A DNA stretch of 64,000 nucleotides, from sequence record MW735835.1; one strand, 5' to 3'. Numbering within the stretch: position 1 is the stretch's first letter; each line of letters starts with the position of its first letter. A model generated the notes under the pieces. The model searched no databases. It was not told the DNA's origin and worked only from the letters and a program-made list of their open reading frames with translations. Both the position numbers and the translations under genes were made by a program. Below are positions 38,816 through 47,534 of this stretch, piece by piece.

Positions 38816-38956
38816 ATGAAAGAGTTCCTGCTGCTTAGTGTAGGTGTTGGTCTGGGTTTCTGGCTCCGTGGTCGTTTCGACGCTGAGAAGAAGCTGAAGG
38901 AAGAGAACATCATCCTTCGCAACAAACTGAAACCCGAAGAAAACAAAGGCGAATAA
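38816..38956 (+). CDS. Small single-TM protein (46 aa)
   Basis: GGAGGAG SD; MKEFLLLSVGVGLGFWLRG then a charged tail; not in the ORF track. Confidence 0.7.
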   Translation: MKEFLLLSVGVGLGFWLRGRFDAEKKLKEENIILRNKLKPEENKGE

Positions 38957-38958
38957 CC

Positions 38959-39096
38959 ATGGTCGGCTTTAACCCCTGGATCGACACCGCGATCATCTGC
39001 GCTCTCATGGCCATCTGCGCCCTCGGCTGGTATGCTGAGGTCAAGTGGAACAAGCGCAAGCAATCCCAACTGCGTGGCGCTACCCGCGTCGCGTAA
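38959..39096 (+). CDS. Small single-TM protein (45 aa)
   Basis: MVGFNPWIDTAIICALMAICALGWY then a basic tail; starts 2 nt after the previous stop. Confidence 0.6.
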   Translation: MVGFNPWIDTAIICALMAICALGWYAEVKWNKRKQSQLRGATRVA

Positions 39097-39152
39097 CAAC
39101 CCCGCAACACAAACCCAACGCAATACCCTTTCCACTACTGGAGATACGTAAC

Positions 39153-39425
39153 ATGGCATTCCTCGAAACCCTGAAGCAACTCGGTCAAGTCGTCGTCGAA
39201 GGCGTCAAGAACCATCCCATCGCTGCCGCCGGCATCGGCGTAGGCACTGTCGCCACCATCGGTGGTGTCAGCTACTACCGCCATCGCAAAGGCAAGAAGC
39301 TGGCCGAAGCTGCCATGACCACCCTCGGTTATGACAAGAACAACCCGGCCCAGCCTCTGGCTGAACCCGCCGTCGCTGCTGCTGAAGCTGCCCCCGCTCC
39401 CACCGAGCCGGCGCCTCAGCAGTAA
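39153..39425 (+). CDS. Small single-TM protein (90 aa)
   Basis: CTGGAGA SD; PIAAAGIGVGTVATIGGVSYY then RHRKGKK and an Ala/Pro tail. Confidence 0.75.
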   Translation: MAFLETLKQLGQVVVEGVKNHPIAAAGIGVGTVATIGGVSYYRHRKGKKLAEAAMTTLGYDKNNPAQPLAEPAVAAAEAAPAPTEPAPQQ

Positions 39426-39432
39426 CGACCAC

Positions 39433-39466
39433 CGAAAGAAAGGGCCTCCGGGCCCCTTCTTTTTTG
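39433..39466 (+). terminator. Intrinsic terminator
   Basis: AAGGGCC-TCCG-GGCCCCTT followed by CTTTTTTG. Confidence 0.7.
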
Positions 39467-39489
39467 CCCTGAGAGATTCCATTCAAGGA

Positions 39490-39508
39490 ATTCTCAGAGA
39501 TACATTAT
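39490..39508 (+). promoter_or_regulatory. Candidate early-type promoter ATTCTCAGAGATACATTAT
   Basis: Motif family member about 105 nt upstream of 39613. Confidence 0.5.
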
Positions 39509-39612
39509 CAACGTGTATATTGGAAGCAGTGCGTAAATAAAAACGCAACGCGCTGAAGATGTGCGACAACACGTGTTGATCGATCATTTCTACATCCCTA
39601 GGAGTTACACCA

Positions 39613-40092
39613 ATGAGTGAAGTTCTGAACAAAGTCAGCCAGGCCATGAAAGACGTCGCCGCTCAATTCGAGAGCGCTGTTGGTTTCGACGACGATGGCG
39701 CAGCTGTACTGCCCGAGACCTGGGTCAAGGACAACCTGGCACTGGCCTCCGGTAGCGAAGAGCTGAGCCTCGAGACCGTCAACCTGGTGCAGAACACCGA
39801 AGCCACCTTCGCCGGCGGCATCGCCCTGGGTCTGGGTAACTCCGGCCTCAAGCGCATGCAGGAAAAAGCCGACCTGGAACGCGTCTCCGCCTCCGTCGAC
39901 TTCGGCAGCAACACCATCCGCGCCTCCGTCGATCGCCAGATCATGGTCCGTGCACCGGGCTCCACCGAAGAGAAGCCGAAGCACGGCAACGTCTCCGTCA
40001 AGCTCGATTCCGGCGCTGCCGCGAAGAAAGGCGACCTGAAGCGCGTCGTTACCCACGTGAACGAAGCCTTCACCGCCGCCTTCAGCAAATAA
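39613..40092 (+). CDS. Highly biased hypothetical protein, possible divergent HU/IHF-like DNA-binding protein (159 aa)
   Basis: TAGGAG SD; C-terminal FGSNTIRASVDRQIMVRAPGSTEEKPKHGNVSVK resembles the HU beta-arm. Confidence 0.55.
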   Translation: MSEVLNKVSQAMKDVAAQFESAVGFDDDGAAVLPETWVKDNLALASGSEELSLETVNLVQNTEATFAGGIALGLGNSGLKRMQEKADLERVSASVDFGSNTIRASVDRQIMVRAPGSTEEKPKHGNVSVKLDSGAAAKKGDLKRVVTHVNEAFTAAFSK

Positions 40093-40110
40093 GCTGATCG
40101 CCCCGGCCCG

Positions 40111-40147
40111 CATCCAGCCGCTCTCGTAGCGGCTGGATGTTTATGCC
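40111..40147 (+). terminator. Hairpin plus TTTATGCC
   Basis: CATCCAGCCGCT-ctcgt-AGCGGCTGGATG-tttatgcc. Confidence 0.65.
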
Positions 40148-40182
40148 CTTAATTTTTTCTCTGATACCAAGGACGCACCACC

Positions 40183-40728
40183 ATGGACAAGAAGCAATTC
40201 GTGAAGGATGAGCTGAAGACGCTCGGCGAAACACTGCTCGGCCTGGGTTACTACTTCCGTCTGATCATGACTGACGACATCGACAGCATGACCCTGATCC
40301 GCGAACGGGCCAAAGAAAAGGTCTCCCACGCCAGCAAGAAGGAATGGGGCCAGGAGTTCTACAACGGCCTGTGCATCGGCGACGCCCTTCAGGAACGTGT
40401 GGATGCGCTGGTGCGCCAGTACAAGCCCGAGGTACTGGCCCTCATCAAAGGCAGTCGTGAAGAGCTGGATCAGCTCGGCATCGAGGTCATCGAAGACAAG
40501 CAGCAGAAAGCCAACCTGCTGATCTTCTCCTGCTGCGGCATGGGCTTCTTCATCTCCGAACGTATTCACAAGCCTCGTGACCAGCGTGCTCGCCGTACCA
40601 CTATGGCGGATGTACGTCACCAGGCCCTTTCGACGCCTCCGGCCAAGCCGGCTGCGGCGCACAAAGACCAACCGGTGACTCGCAACAAACGTCGACAGTT
40701 TGTGACCATCCGTCGCATCGTCAATTGA
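40183..40728 (+). CDS. Hypothetical protein (181 aa)
   Basis: AAGGA SD; basic C-terminal tail. Confidence 0.75.
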   Translation: MDKKQFVKDELKTLGETLLGLGYYFRLIMTDDIDSMTLIRERAKEKVSHASKKEWGQEFYNGLCIGDALQERVDALVRQYKPEVLALIKGSREELDQLGIEVIEDKQQKANLLIFSCCGMGFFISERIHKPRDQRARRTTMADVRHQALSTPPAKPAAAHKDQPVTRNKRRQFVTIRRIVN

Positions 40729-40773
40729 TCCGCGAGTGGGGAGTGCGTTGACGCTCCCCTACTGAGGTGTCTT

Positions 40774-41289
40774 ATGAAAGCGCTCACCCCTATTGAAGGC
40801 GCCTTGATTGGAGCAATGCAGGCGGCTCGTCCGTACATCCAGCGCTCATTGCTCGAACAGCAAGTGTGGACGTACCAGTTTGGTGACGGTCCTACTTACC
40901 CCGAGGACTTCACGATCCTGGACAGTCTGGACAGCGATAACGACATCATTGAATTGCGCTTCACTCCGACCAACCGGCCGGATTATGAACTGCGCATCTG
41001 GGTGAAGTTCATCGAGGCTCCGACCAAGCAAGTGACCGACCACCTCGAAATCGATGTCAACCTGACGCATGGTGCTGTCTACATGGAAGGCGCTACTTGC
41101 GAGTGTCACTCCGAAGAGTACAACATCGTCCAGGACATCGGGACGGTCATCAATGTCATCGCGAACATGGACCTGTGCTTCAAGGTGCGCGCCGAAGCTG
41201 CGGCTGCCCTAGCACAAGTCGCCCAAGCCCAGACCGAACGAGAAGAACGCAAGGCGCGCTTCTCCGTCGTTGAAGGCACCAAGCATTAA
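40774..41289 (+). CDS. Hypothetical protein (171 aa)
   Basis: GAGGTG SD and coding bias. Confidence 0.75.
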   Translation: MKALTPIEGALIGAMQAARPYIQRSLLEQQVWTYQFGDGPTYPEDFTILDSLDSDNDIIELRFTPTNRPDYELRIWVKFIEAPTKQVTDHLEIDVNLTHGAVYMEGATCECHSEEYNIVQDIGTVINVIANMDLCFKVRAEAAAALAQVAQAQTEREERKARFSVVEGTKH

Positions 41290-41301
41290 GGCCCAGCCAG
41301 C

Positions 41302-41670
41302 ATGGAACTTTTCGATTATTACGTCGAACCTGTGGTCAATGTAGAGACAGCCTTTAACCATGTGGCCTTAGAGGCCGCTATAAGGCTCATAGAGAGCGAT
41401 TCAGACGTTCACCCGTACAATCCCTCTCAACGCATTGATCTACGTGCTATGACGCACGTGGAGAGCATTAATGCCCTGCGTGAGCTGATCCATATGTCTG
41501 GCTTCGAACTGGACATCAACAAGATCCTCTGCGAGAACAACCGTTTAGAGACCCCGTACGAGCGCACCATCAAGAAGGCGTTCATGACGAATCACTACAT
41601 GGTCGAGTCCTCAAAAGGCTGGCTGGTCTTCGATACTCATGTGGACACTCACATTGAGGTCTACAAGTGA
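41302..41670 (+). CDS. Hypothetical protein (122 aa)
   Basis: AAGG SD; ends at a hairpin; weaker codon bias than neighbours. Confidence 0.65.
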   Translation: MELFDYYVEPVVNVETAFNHVALEAAIRLIESDSDVHPYNPSQRIDLRAMTHVESINALRELIHMSGFELDINKILCENNRLETPYERTIKKAFMTNHYMVESSKGWLVFDTHVDTHIEVYK

Positions 41671-41675
41671 ATACT

Positions 41676-41709
41676 GGGGAGAGCGCTTGCTCTCCCCGCT
41701 ATGCCGTGT
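41676..41709 (+). terminator. Hairpin plus TATGCCGTGT
   Basis: GGGGAGAGC-gctt-GCTCTCCCC-gc-TATGCCGTGT. Confidence 0.7.
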
Positions 41710-41720
41710 CGATTGAAAAG

Positions 41721-41740
41721 TTTTACAGCAATACATGATA
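41721..41740 (+). promoter_or_regulatory. Candidate early-type promoter TTTTACAGCAATACATGATA
   Basis: Motif family member upstream of 41782. Confidence 0.6.
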
Positions 41741-41781
41741 GCAGTGAGTAACCACCATCCTATCCATCCTGGAGATGTATC

Positions 41782-43419
41782 ATGAGTAAAGTTGCAAACG
41801 TAACCATCATCGAAGGCGCTGACAAGATGTTCAAGACCGGCAAGGTCGTCAACACCTTCAAGCTCCTGGAACAGTCCGCTGTGCTGCTGCACGAAGGCAA
41901 GCCCAGCGTGAACCTGCAAGACACCGAGACCCTGATCGTCCGCCGTGGACAGTACGGCGCCATCAATATCAGCATGCTGACCGGTGAAGGCGATGGCGAA
42001 CTGGGCATCAAGATCACTGCCGATGGCCAGGGCTTGGAAGACTGCCACGCAGATCGCACTGGCAACATCATCATGCGTTGGGCCTATTCCAAGATCAAGG
42101 AAGAAGGTCCGTCGCTGTCCGGTGGTGTCGACGATCGTCACGAGCTGGAAGAACAGCGTCGTGATCCGGCGGCCGTGGCCGCACGTGCTGCTCAATCGGG
42201 CGGGCCGGACAACCTGGCCGAAGCTGCGTTCATGGAGAAGATCATCGACATCGAGGCTCACCACAACTCCGACATCAAGACCTCCTTCAACCGCCACGGT
42301 GTGAAGGCAATCCTGACCTGGGCACATCGTCAAGACCTGGACGGCGCCTCGGCAATGGCGCACGAAGGCAAGCTGGTCGATGACACCATCGAAGTCCTGG
42401 CCCGCAATATCCGGGAATTCCCGGAATCTCCGCGTGATCTGCGTGTTGCCCTGAAGGCCGATCCTGCTGGCCTGGGGATCGACGTCGTGGTATTCGGTCG
42501 CACCACTGACCTGTACCGTGTCGACATCGTCAACAACGACCTGAACCTGGTTCATCGCAACTTCGCAGTCAGCAAGGACATGCCGATGGTGATCATCAGC
42601 GACGTTACCATCAACGGTACCGCGCCGGTGACCATGGCTCGTCTGCCGGTGAACGAAGTCACCAGCTTCAACCAGACCACTGCCGATGTGAAGTTCGACG
42701 CGCTGATCCTCAACGCTGACCTGGAGCACGTGATCGCCTACTTCGGTCCCGAGCAACTGGATAAGCTGGTAGGTTACGTGGTCACCGAGGTCTTCAAGGA
42801 CCCGACCGTGACCATGAAGTGGGTGGACAGCATCAACGTCCGTCTGGTCGACAATGCTGATGGCTACTTCCTGGTTGTGGAAGTGGTGCAGCAAGGTTCG
42901 ACTCCGTCGTACGTCGGCGAGCTGTACTCGGTCAACGAGAAGGGTATCCTGATCGAGGACCACAACGTGGCGTTCGCTCTGCACCCGGGCTGGACCATTC
43001 AACTGACTGGCTTCCGGGCTACCCCGGCCAGTGTGCTGATGGGTCGCAGCCATCGTCCTCGCCTGCATGCGGATCGTGACTTCGGTCGTGGCCGTGAGCT
43101 GGGGGATTACGAACGTCTGGGCCCGCTGTCTGGTGGTCAGGAGGAAGAAGAGCAGCGTCGTGAAGATCCGGTCCGTATCCCGAACCGCGAATGGATTCCG
43201 CAGATCAACCAGTTCGTCCACATCGAGGGCGAGCCGACTCTGTACTTCATCGCGGACTACGACCAACTGGAACATCGCTTCCTGCTCAAGCAAGCCGACA
43301 GCAGCCGCCGTGAACGCGACAGCCGTCTGGACAGCCGTTACCGTGACAACCGCAAGAACGCCGACGGCCTGATCCCGGTTGAACCGGGTCGTCTGCGCCC
43401 GTTCACCTTGTTCCACTAA
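41782..43419 (+). CDS. Multi-segment hypothetical protein (545 aa)
   Basis: CTGGAGA SD, strong codon bias, no motif recognised. Confidence 0.8.
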   Translation: MSKVANVTIIEGADKMFKTGKVVNTFKLLEQSAVLLHEGKPSVNLQDTETLIVRRGQYGAINISMLTGEGDGELGIKITADGQGLEDCHADRTGNIIMRWAYSKIKEEGPSLSGGVDDRHELEEQRRDPAAVAARAAQSGGPDNLAEAAFMEKIIDIEAHHNSDIKTSFNRHGVKAILTWAHRQDLDGASAMAHEGKLVDDTIEVLARNIREFPESPRDLRVALKADPAGLGIDVVVFGRTTDLYRVDIVNNDLNLVHRNFAVSKDMPMVIISDVTINGTAPVTMARLPVNEVTSFNQTTADVKFDALILNADLEHVIAYFGPEQLDKLVGYVVTEVFKDPTVTMKWVDSINVRLVDNADGYFLVVEVVQQGSTPSYVGELYSVNEKGILIEDHNVAFALHPGWTIQLTGFRATPASVLMGRSHRPRLHADRDFGRGRELGDYERLGPLSGGQEEEEQRREDPVRIPNREWIPQINQFVHIEGEPTLYFIADYDQLEHRFLLKQADSSRRERDSRLDSRYRDNRKNADGLIPVEPGRLRPFTLFH

Positions 43420-43430
43420 TCCTGGACAGA

Positions 43431-43478
43431 CGGCATACAGGGCGCCCATTGGGCGCCCTGTATCCGTTTCTTTTTTTT
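43431..43478. terminator. Convergent hairpin: CGGCATA flank on one side, U-tract on the other
   Basis: ATACAGGGCGCCCA-T-TGGGCGCCCTGTAT (43435-43463) then CCGTTTCTTTTTTTT. Confidence 0.75.
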
Positions 43479-43492
43479 GTTTCCAGCAAGCC

Positions 43493-44359
43493 TTACAGCT
43501 TGATGAAGGTGCGGTTGAACTCCGCAACTTGCTCGGTGTAGCCCACGTTGTGCTTGGCCACGTCCGCTTCCACACCGGTCATGAAGGCCGGCTTCAGGTT
43601 CGGAGAGGTACCGGTCTTCGGCATCGCGTCCAGCAGTTGCTGAGCGAAGCGATCGACCGCGAGACCTACCTGCTGCATCCCGGTGAACGGGATGGACAGG
43701 ACAAGCTCCTCGCCATCGGCGGTCTTGTCACGACGGCCGGTGAAATCACCGGCAGTGGTCGGGTACATGTTGGTGATGAGCCACGCCGAGTTGACCTTGG
43801 TGAAGGACGGGTCCGGCTCGAAGGCGATGATGCTCATCGAGTAGATGTCCGGCAGCAGGTCGGTCGGGCGGTTGACGCGGGTAGCGATACCCGGCACCTT
43901 CGAATCCGGGTCCATGATCAGTTCGGTGATCCAGGATTCGAAGAACCGCTGAACCGGACGACCGTACTTCTCACGGATGGTCATCGAGGGGTCGGAACGC
44001 TGACGCGTCACGTTGCTCGGGGTCTGTTGCATTTCGCCAGCACCCGACACCGGCGCTTCGACGCTGTTCACAGTCAGGGTACGGTTGAAGCCGTCCCAGG
44101 TCTGTGCGTGCATCTCCACAATGCCCTTGAGGGCCTTGTAGTAGCTGTCCGGGTTGTCCAGGTATTGGAAACCACGCGGCGCTTGCAGAACCTTGATGAT
44201 CAGGTTGCGGCGTACGTAGTCGGTGTTGGCATGGAAGTAACGGAGGTCCGACTGGTAGGCGTTTTGACCGCCCAGTGCCAGGTTGACCATCGGCGAGTTG
44301 TTGTACTCGCCGTAACCCAGGCCGTTACCCAGGAGAGTGTCGCGATGACGGACGCCCAT
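43493..44359 (-). CDS. Tail tube protein (phiKZ gp30-like)
   Basis: Coupled (TAATG) downstream of the sheath; 288 aa; YVRRNLIIKVLQAPRGF pattern I recall from phiKZ-like tube proteins. Confidence 0.8.
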   Translation of the reverse strand: MGVRHRDTLLGNGLGYGEYNNSPMVNLALGGQNAYQSDLRYFHANTDYVRRNLIIKVLQAPRGFQYLDNPDSYYKALKGIVEMHAQTWDGFNRTLTVNSVEAPVSGAGEMQQTPSNVTRQRSDPSMTIREKYGRPVQRFFESWITELIMDPDSKVPGIATRVNRPTDLLPDIYSMSIIAFEPDPSFTKVNSAWLITNMYPTTAGDFTGRRDKTADGEELVLSIPFTGMQQVGLAVDRFAQQLLDAMPKTGTSPNLKPAFMTGVEADVAKHNVGYTEQVAEFNRTFIKL

Positions 44360-46419
44360 TATGCAGTCTCCGCACCAGAGGTACGACGGCCGGCAACGAT
44401 GGTCAGAACTTCAACCGTCTTCATGCCGTCGAACAGGCCTTCGATGTCCGTGTGCCAGCTGTAGCCGCGCTGGGTGTCAGCCGCGGTGTAGTAGGAACTC
44501 GGGGTGATGTCGGCACGACCGTCGTAACGATCCTTGATCTGCCCTTCGATGAAGCGGTCCACGTTCACCGCGTACTCGTCCGCAGTCATGCGGCTGTCGC
44601 CAGTGAACATGCGCCAGGCCAGCTCACCGATACGGTTGAGGTGGCAGCAGATCGCCATCGGGAAGAACGAGTTGAGGACCGACGTGTTGTCGTGGTAGAC
44701 GGTCTGGATACCCGGGAAGAACACTTGACCGCGATGGTCGAAGGGTTCGGCCGAGGAGATACCAGCTTGCCAGTCGGTGTTGCGCGGCTTGACCGGACGG
44801 AACTTCGCGTTGTGGTTCACGAAGCGGGTCACGACGCGGTAGGTGCTGTTGTCCGGCGCGTAGCCGGCACGCATGCGCTCGCCACCCATGTAGGTAGCGA
44901 CCTTGACCGCGAAGTCCACGGTGAACGGCAGGATGCCGTCGTACGGGGAGTCCAGGTACTCACCAGCGTGCTTCATGACGACAGCACGGCAGGCGCCGGT
45001 GTTGTAGAATTCCGACTCCGGCACGAGGCTCAGCGCGTTACGCAGCATGGCACCGATGCTGGAATCTTCTTCCGGGGTGTTCAGGGGCTCGTTGACGTCC
45101 TGAGTGGAAGCCAGGACCCACGCGTCCGGACGGACCGCCATGACGTTGGCCATCAGCTTCTTGGTTTCGAGGCTGAAGCCGGTGTCGATGAAGGCCGACA
45201 TCGGGAAGCTGGCACGGTCAGCGTACGGCACGTCGCCTTCGCCGAACACGTTCAGCTCGTCCTGGACCGCTTGGTCGTAGTCCTCACGGGTCACGTCGCC
45301 GTCATCACCGCCTTGCAGCCAGTGAGTGGCGGTCTCGCCGAACAGAACACCGTTACCGGCCGGGCCTTCCACCTTGACGGTGTAGTACGGCACGCCGTTG
45401 ATGTTCACGCCACCAAACAGGTTGATGGTTTGCTCGGGGGTGACTTCGCCTTCGATCAGGCCGTACTCTTCTTCGGTCGCGAAGACCTGGTCGAGAACGG
45501 TCTGGACGTGCTGGCTGTAGACGTAGAACGTCTTCAGCGGACCGTAGCCGGAGAACACCTCGGGGTCGTTGTTCTCGAACGCCTTGAGGATGCGCTTGTC
45601 GTAGCTGTAGTTGATGTTGGTCTTCGGATCGACCACACCGGTCTTCAGCGAGAACTCGACGGACGGATCGCCGTTCAGGTTCATCAGCACCTGGCCGGTG
45701 CTGTTCTGGTTCGCGCGTTCCAGAATCGACAGGCGGTACAGGAAAGCACCTTGGCTTTCTACCAGCTCGGCGTTGGCCGGGGTGCTGGAGTTGGTGGTCG
45801 GGGCCACCAGACGCAGACCGAAGTTCTTGCCCTTCGAACCTTCGAAGCGAGCTTCGATGTCGAAGAACGGGTACATGGTCGAAGCCTTGCCGTCGTAGTT
45901 GGTCATCAGACCAGTGGTCGGGCTGGCGTTGCGCACGCCTTCTTCGCCACCGATTTCCTCGACGGCCCAGCGGATGCGGTTGCCGTCCAGCGGTTCACCG
46001 GTTTCCACCAGTTGACCGTCGGTACGCTTGAAGCTGCCATCCGGGTTACGCTCGTACTGAGCGATCTTGTCGTCGACGATGTCGCACCAGACGCGCAGGG
46101 TAGCGGTCTTGGCGCCGTTCGCTTTCATACGACGGACCAGGGACATGGCGCCGGTTTGCAGAACTTTCTGCAACATGGCAGCCTGGTGGCTCAGGAACGG
46201 GGAGCCTGCGCCGAAGGAATCGGCACCGTAGATGGTGTTGAAGCCTGCACCCGAAACCAGCAGAGCGGTATCGGACGGACCCCAAGAGGTGAACAGCGGG
46301 GTCCAGGGCAGGAAGATCGGCAGATTGACGATCTCCAGCGGCTGACCCTGACCGCTCACATCTTTGAAACCGAGCACCTCAGTGCGCGGCAAAGACGAAG
46401 CCATCGAAACAGACGACAT
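44359..46419 (-). CDS. Contractile tail sheath protein (phiKZ gp29-like, about 686 aa)
   Basis: Size, sheath-type C-terminus (D..F....K..M, YSWH), paired with the tube; start reassigned to MSSVSMASS after a GGAG SD. Confidence 0.85.
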   Translation of the reverse strand: MSSVSMASSLPRTEVLGFKDVSGQGQPLEIVNLPIFLPWTPLFTSWGPSDTALLVSGAGFNTIYGADSFGAGSPFLSHQAAMLQKVLQTGAMSLVRRMKANGAKTATLRVWCDIVDDKIAQYERNPDGSFKRTDGQLVETGEPLDGNRIRWAVEEIGGEEGVRNASPTTGLMTNYDGKASTMYPFFDIEARFEGSKGKNFGLRLVAPTTNSSTPANAELVESQGAFLYRLSILERANQNSTGQVLMNLNGDPSVEFSLKTGVVDPKTNINYSYDKRILKAFENNDPEVFSGYGPLKTFYVYSQHVQTVLDQVFATEEEYGLIEGEVTPEQTINLFGGVNINGVPYYTVKVEGPAGNGVLFGETATHWLQGGDDGDVTREDYDQAVQDELNVFGEGDVPYADRASFPMSAFIDTGFSLETKKLMANVMAVRPDAWVLASTQDVNEPLNTPEEDSSIGAMLRNALSLVPESEFYNTGACRAVVMKHAGEYLDSPYDGILPFTVDFAVKVATYMGGERMRAGYAPDNSTYRVVTRFVNHNAKFRPVKPRNTDWQAGISSAEPFDHRGQVFFPGIQTVYHDNTSVLNSFFPMAICCHLNRIGELAWRMFTGDSRMTADEYAVNVDRFIEGQIKDRYDGRADITPSSYYTAADTQRGYSWHTDIEGLFDGMKTVEVLTIVAGRRTSGAETA

Positions 46420-46467
46420 TGTAATGTCTCCCATGGGAAAAAATTCAACTTCGCGCGTGAAGTTACG

Positions 46468-46476
46468 AATGGTATG
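46468..46476 (+). promoter_or_regulatory. Candidate late promoter AATGGTATG
   Basis: Exact motif copy facing 46584. Confidence 0.5.
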
Positions 46477-46536
46477 GCCCTTGCCTACATTTGAAAACGT
46501 AGGATTCGGTACTCGATGTGTTCGATACCACCACCA

Positions 46537-46545
46537 CATACTATT
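46537..46545 (-). promoter_or_regulatory. Candidate late promoter AATAGTATG
   Basis: One-mismatch copy facing the sheath gene. Confidence 0.45.
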
Positions 46546-46583
46546 TTGTTATTTTTTACTGGGTGCAACGGAAGAGGTAGAAG

Positions 46584-47519
46584 ATGATTACCAGTCCCTG
46601 GAATTCCACGGCCTTGCGCCAGCACAAGCTGGACAAGATTCTCAGTGAAATCGCCATCGCAAAAGCCATGGGCGCACTGATCAATGATGGACCCCGAGTC
46701 CTGCTGGTCACCCCGCTCGCCGAGAAGGTTGACGCCTTCGTTCTTCCGATTACCTCGGTCGAATACGCCGAGCGCAAGCTGAACGACAACGGCGCCGTGT
46801 TCATGGACGGTCGTTCGTTCATGCGCAAAGAAAACCGTAGCGACTCCGGCTTCGTGGTGAACAACCAGATGCAGGCTGACTTCTTCAACCGCATCGGTGA
46901 ACTCACTGCACTGTGGATTGCACAGCCGATCATGCGCGAAGACTTCATGCGCACCGGCGATATTGCTGCCCAGGTGTACATCTCCTGGCTCAGCAGTGCC
47001 ATCACCAACAAACTCGGTGTGGACTTGGAAGTCGCGCGCGAGATCCAGATCATTACTGCTGTTTTCTTTGCCCAGCAGTTCCACAGCGCCGAAGATTCCG
47101 TCTCCGATCGCGGTAAAGAGAAGTTCGTCAAGCTGATCCAGCGCTGGACTCGCCACCCGATTCAGCTCATTCAGAGCATCGTGGAAAGCCTGCCTTACAT
47201 GGAGCTGCTGAGCGACTTCGTCAAGGCCCTGCAAGAGCATTTCTCCCAGAACACCCGCGTGACTCAGGTCAACACTGGTTATTTGGTAATGTCTCTGGGT
47301 CGCTCCTGGTTCGGCTATGGCGCTACCGAGATCGCTTCGGTTGCTCTGGAATACCCACCGGTGTTCCTGGCTCTGGTCGAAGCAGCTGCCAACGCGAAGG
47401 TGTGGCGCAAGACCCATCTGGGCAAGCTGGTGGAAAACCTGAACCAAAGCCGTGCGGCAGAATCGTTCGCCCGGTCCATGGAGATTCTCGCTGGCGAAGC
47501 CCGGGGCTCCAATCGTTAA
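46584..47519 (+). CDS. Putative virion protein (311 aa; phiKZ gp28 position)
   Basis: GAGGT SD; first gene of the operon ending in terminase. Confidence 0.65.
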   Translation: MITSPWNSTALRQHKLDKILSEIAIAKAMGALINDGPRVLLVTPLAEKVDAFVLPITSVEYAERKLNDNGAVFMDGRSFMRKENRSDSGFVVNNQMQADFFNRIGELTALWIAQPIMREDFMRTGDIAAQVYISWLSSAITNKLGVDLEVAREIQIITAVFFAQQFHSAEDSVSDRGKEKFVKLIQRWTRHPIQLIQSIVESLPYMELLSDFVKALQEHFSQNTRVTQVNTGYLVMSLGRSWFGYGATEIASVALEYPPVFLALVEAAANAKVWRKTHLGKLVENLNQSRAAESFARSMEILAGEARGSNR

Positions 47520-47534
47520 TAGAAGGTGGACTTC

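Noticed and set aside
44452-46494. 680-aa plus-strand ORF (and 18399..20390, 35226..37448, 51992..53959 and similar)
   Set aside because: All mirror well-supported genes on the other strand and show no independent motifs.
44359-46539. 726-aa protein as major capsid protein
   Set aside because: The size is similar, but coupling to the tube gene and its motifs indicate tail sheath. The extra N-terminal 40 codons cover the promoter gap.
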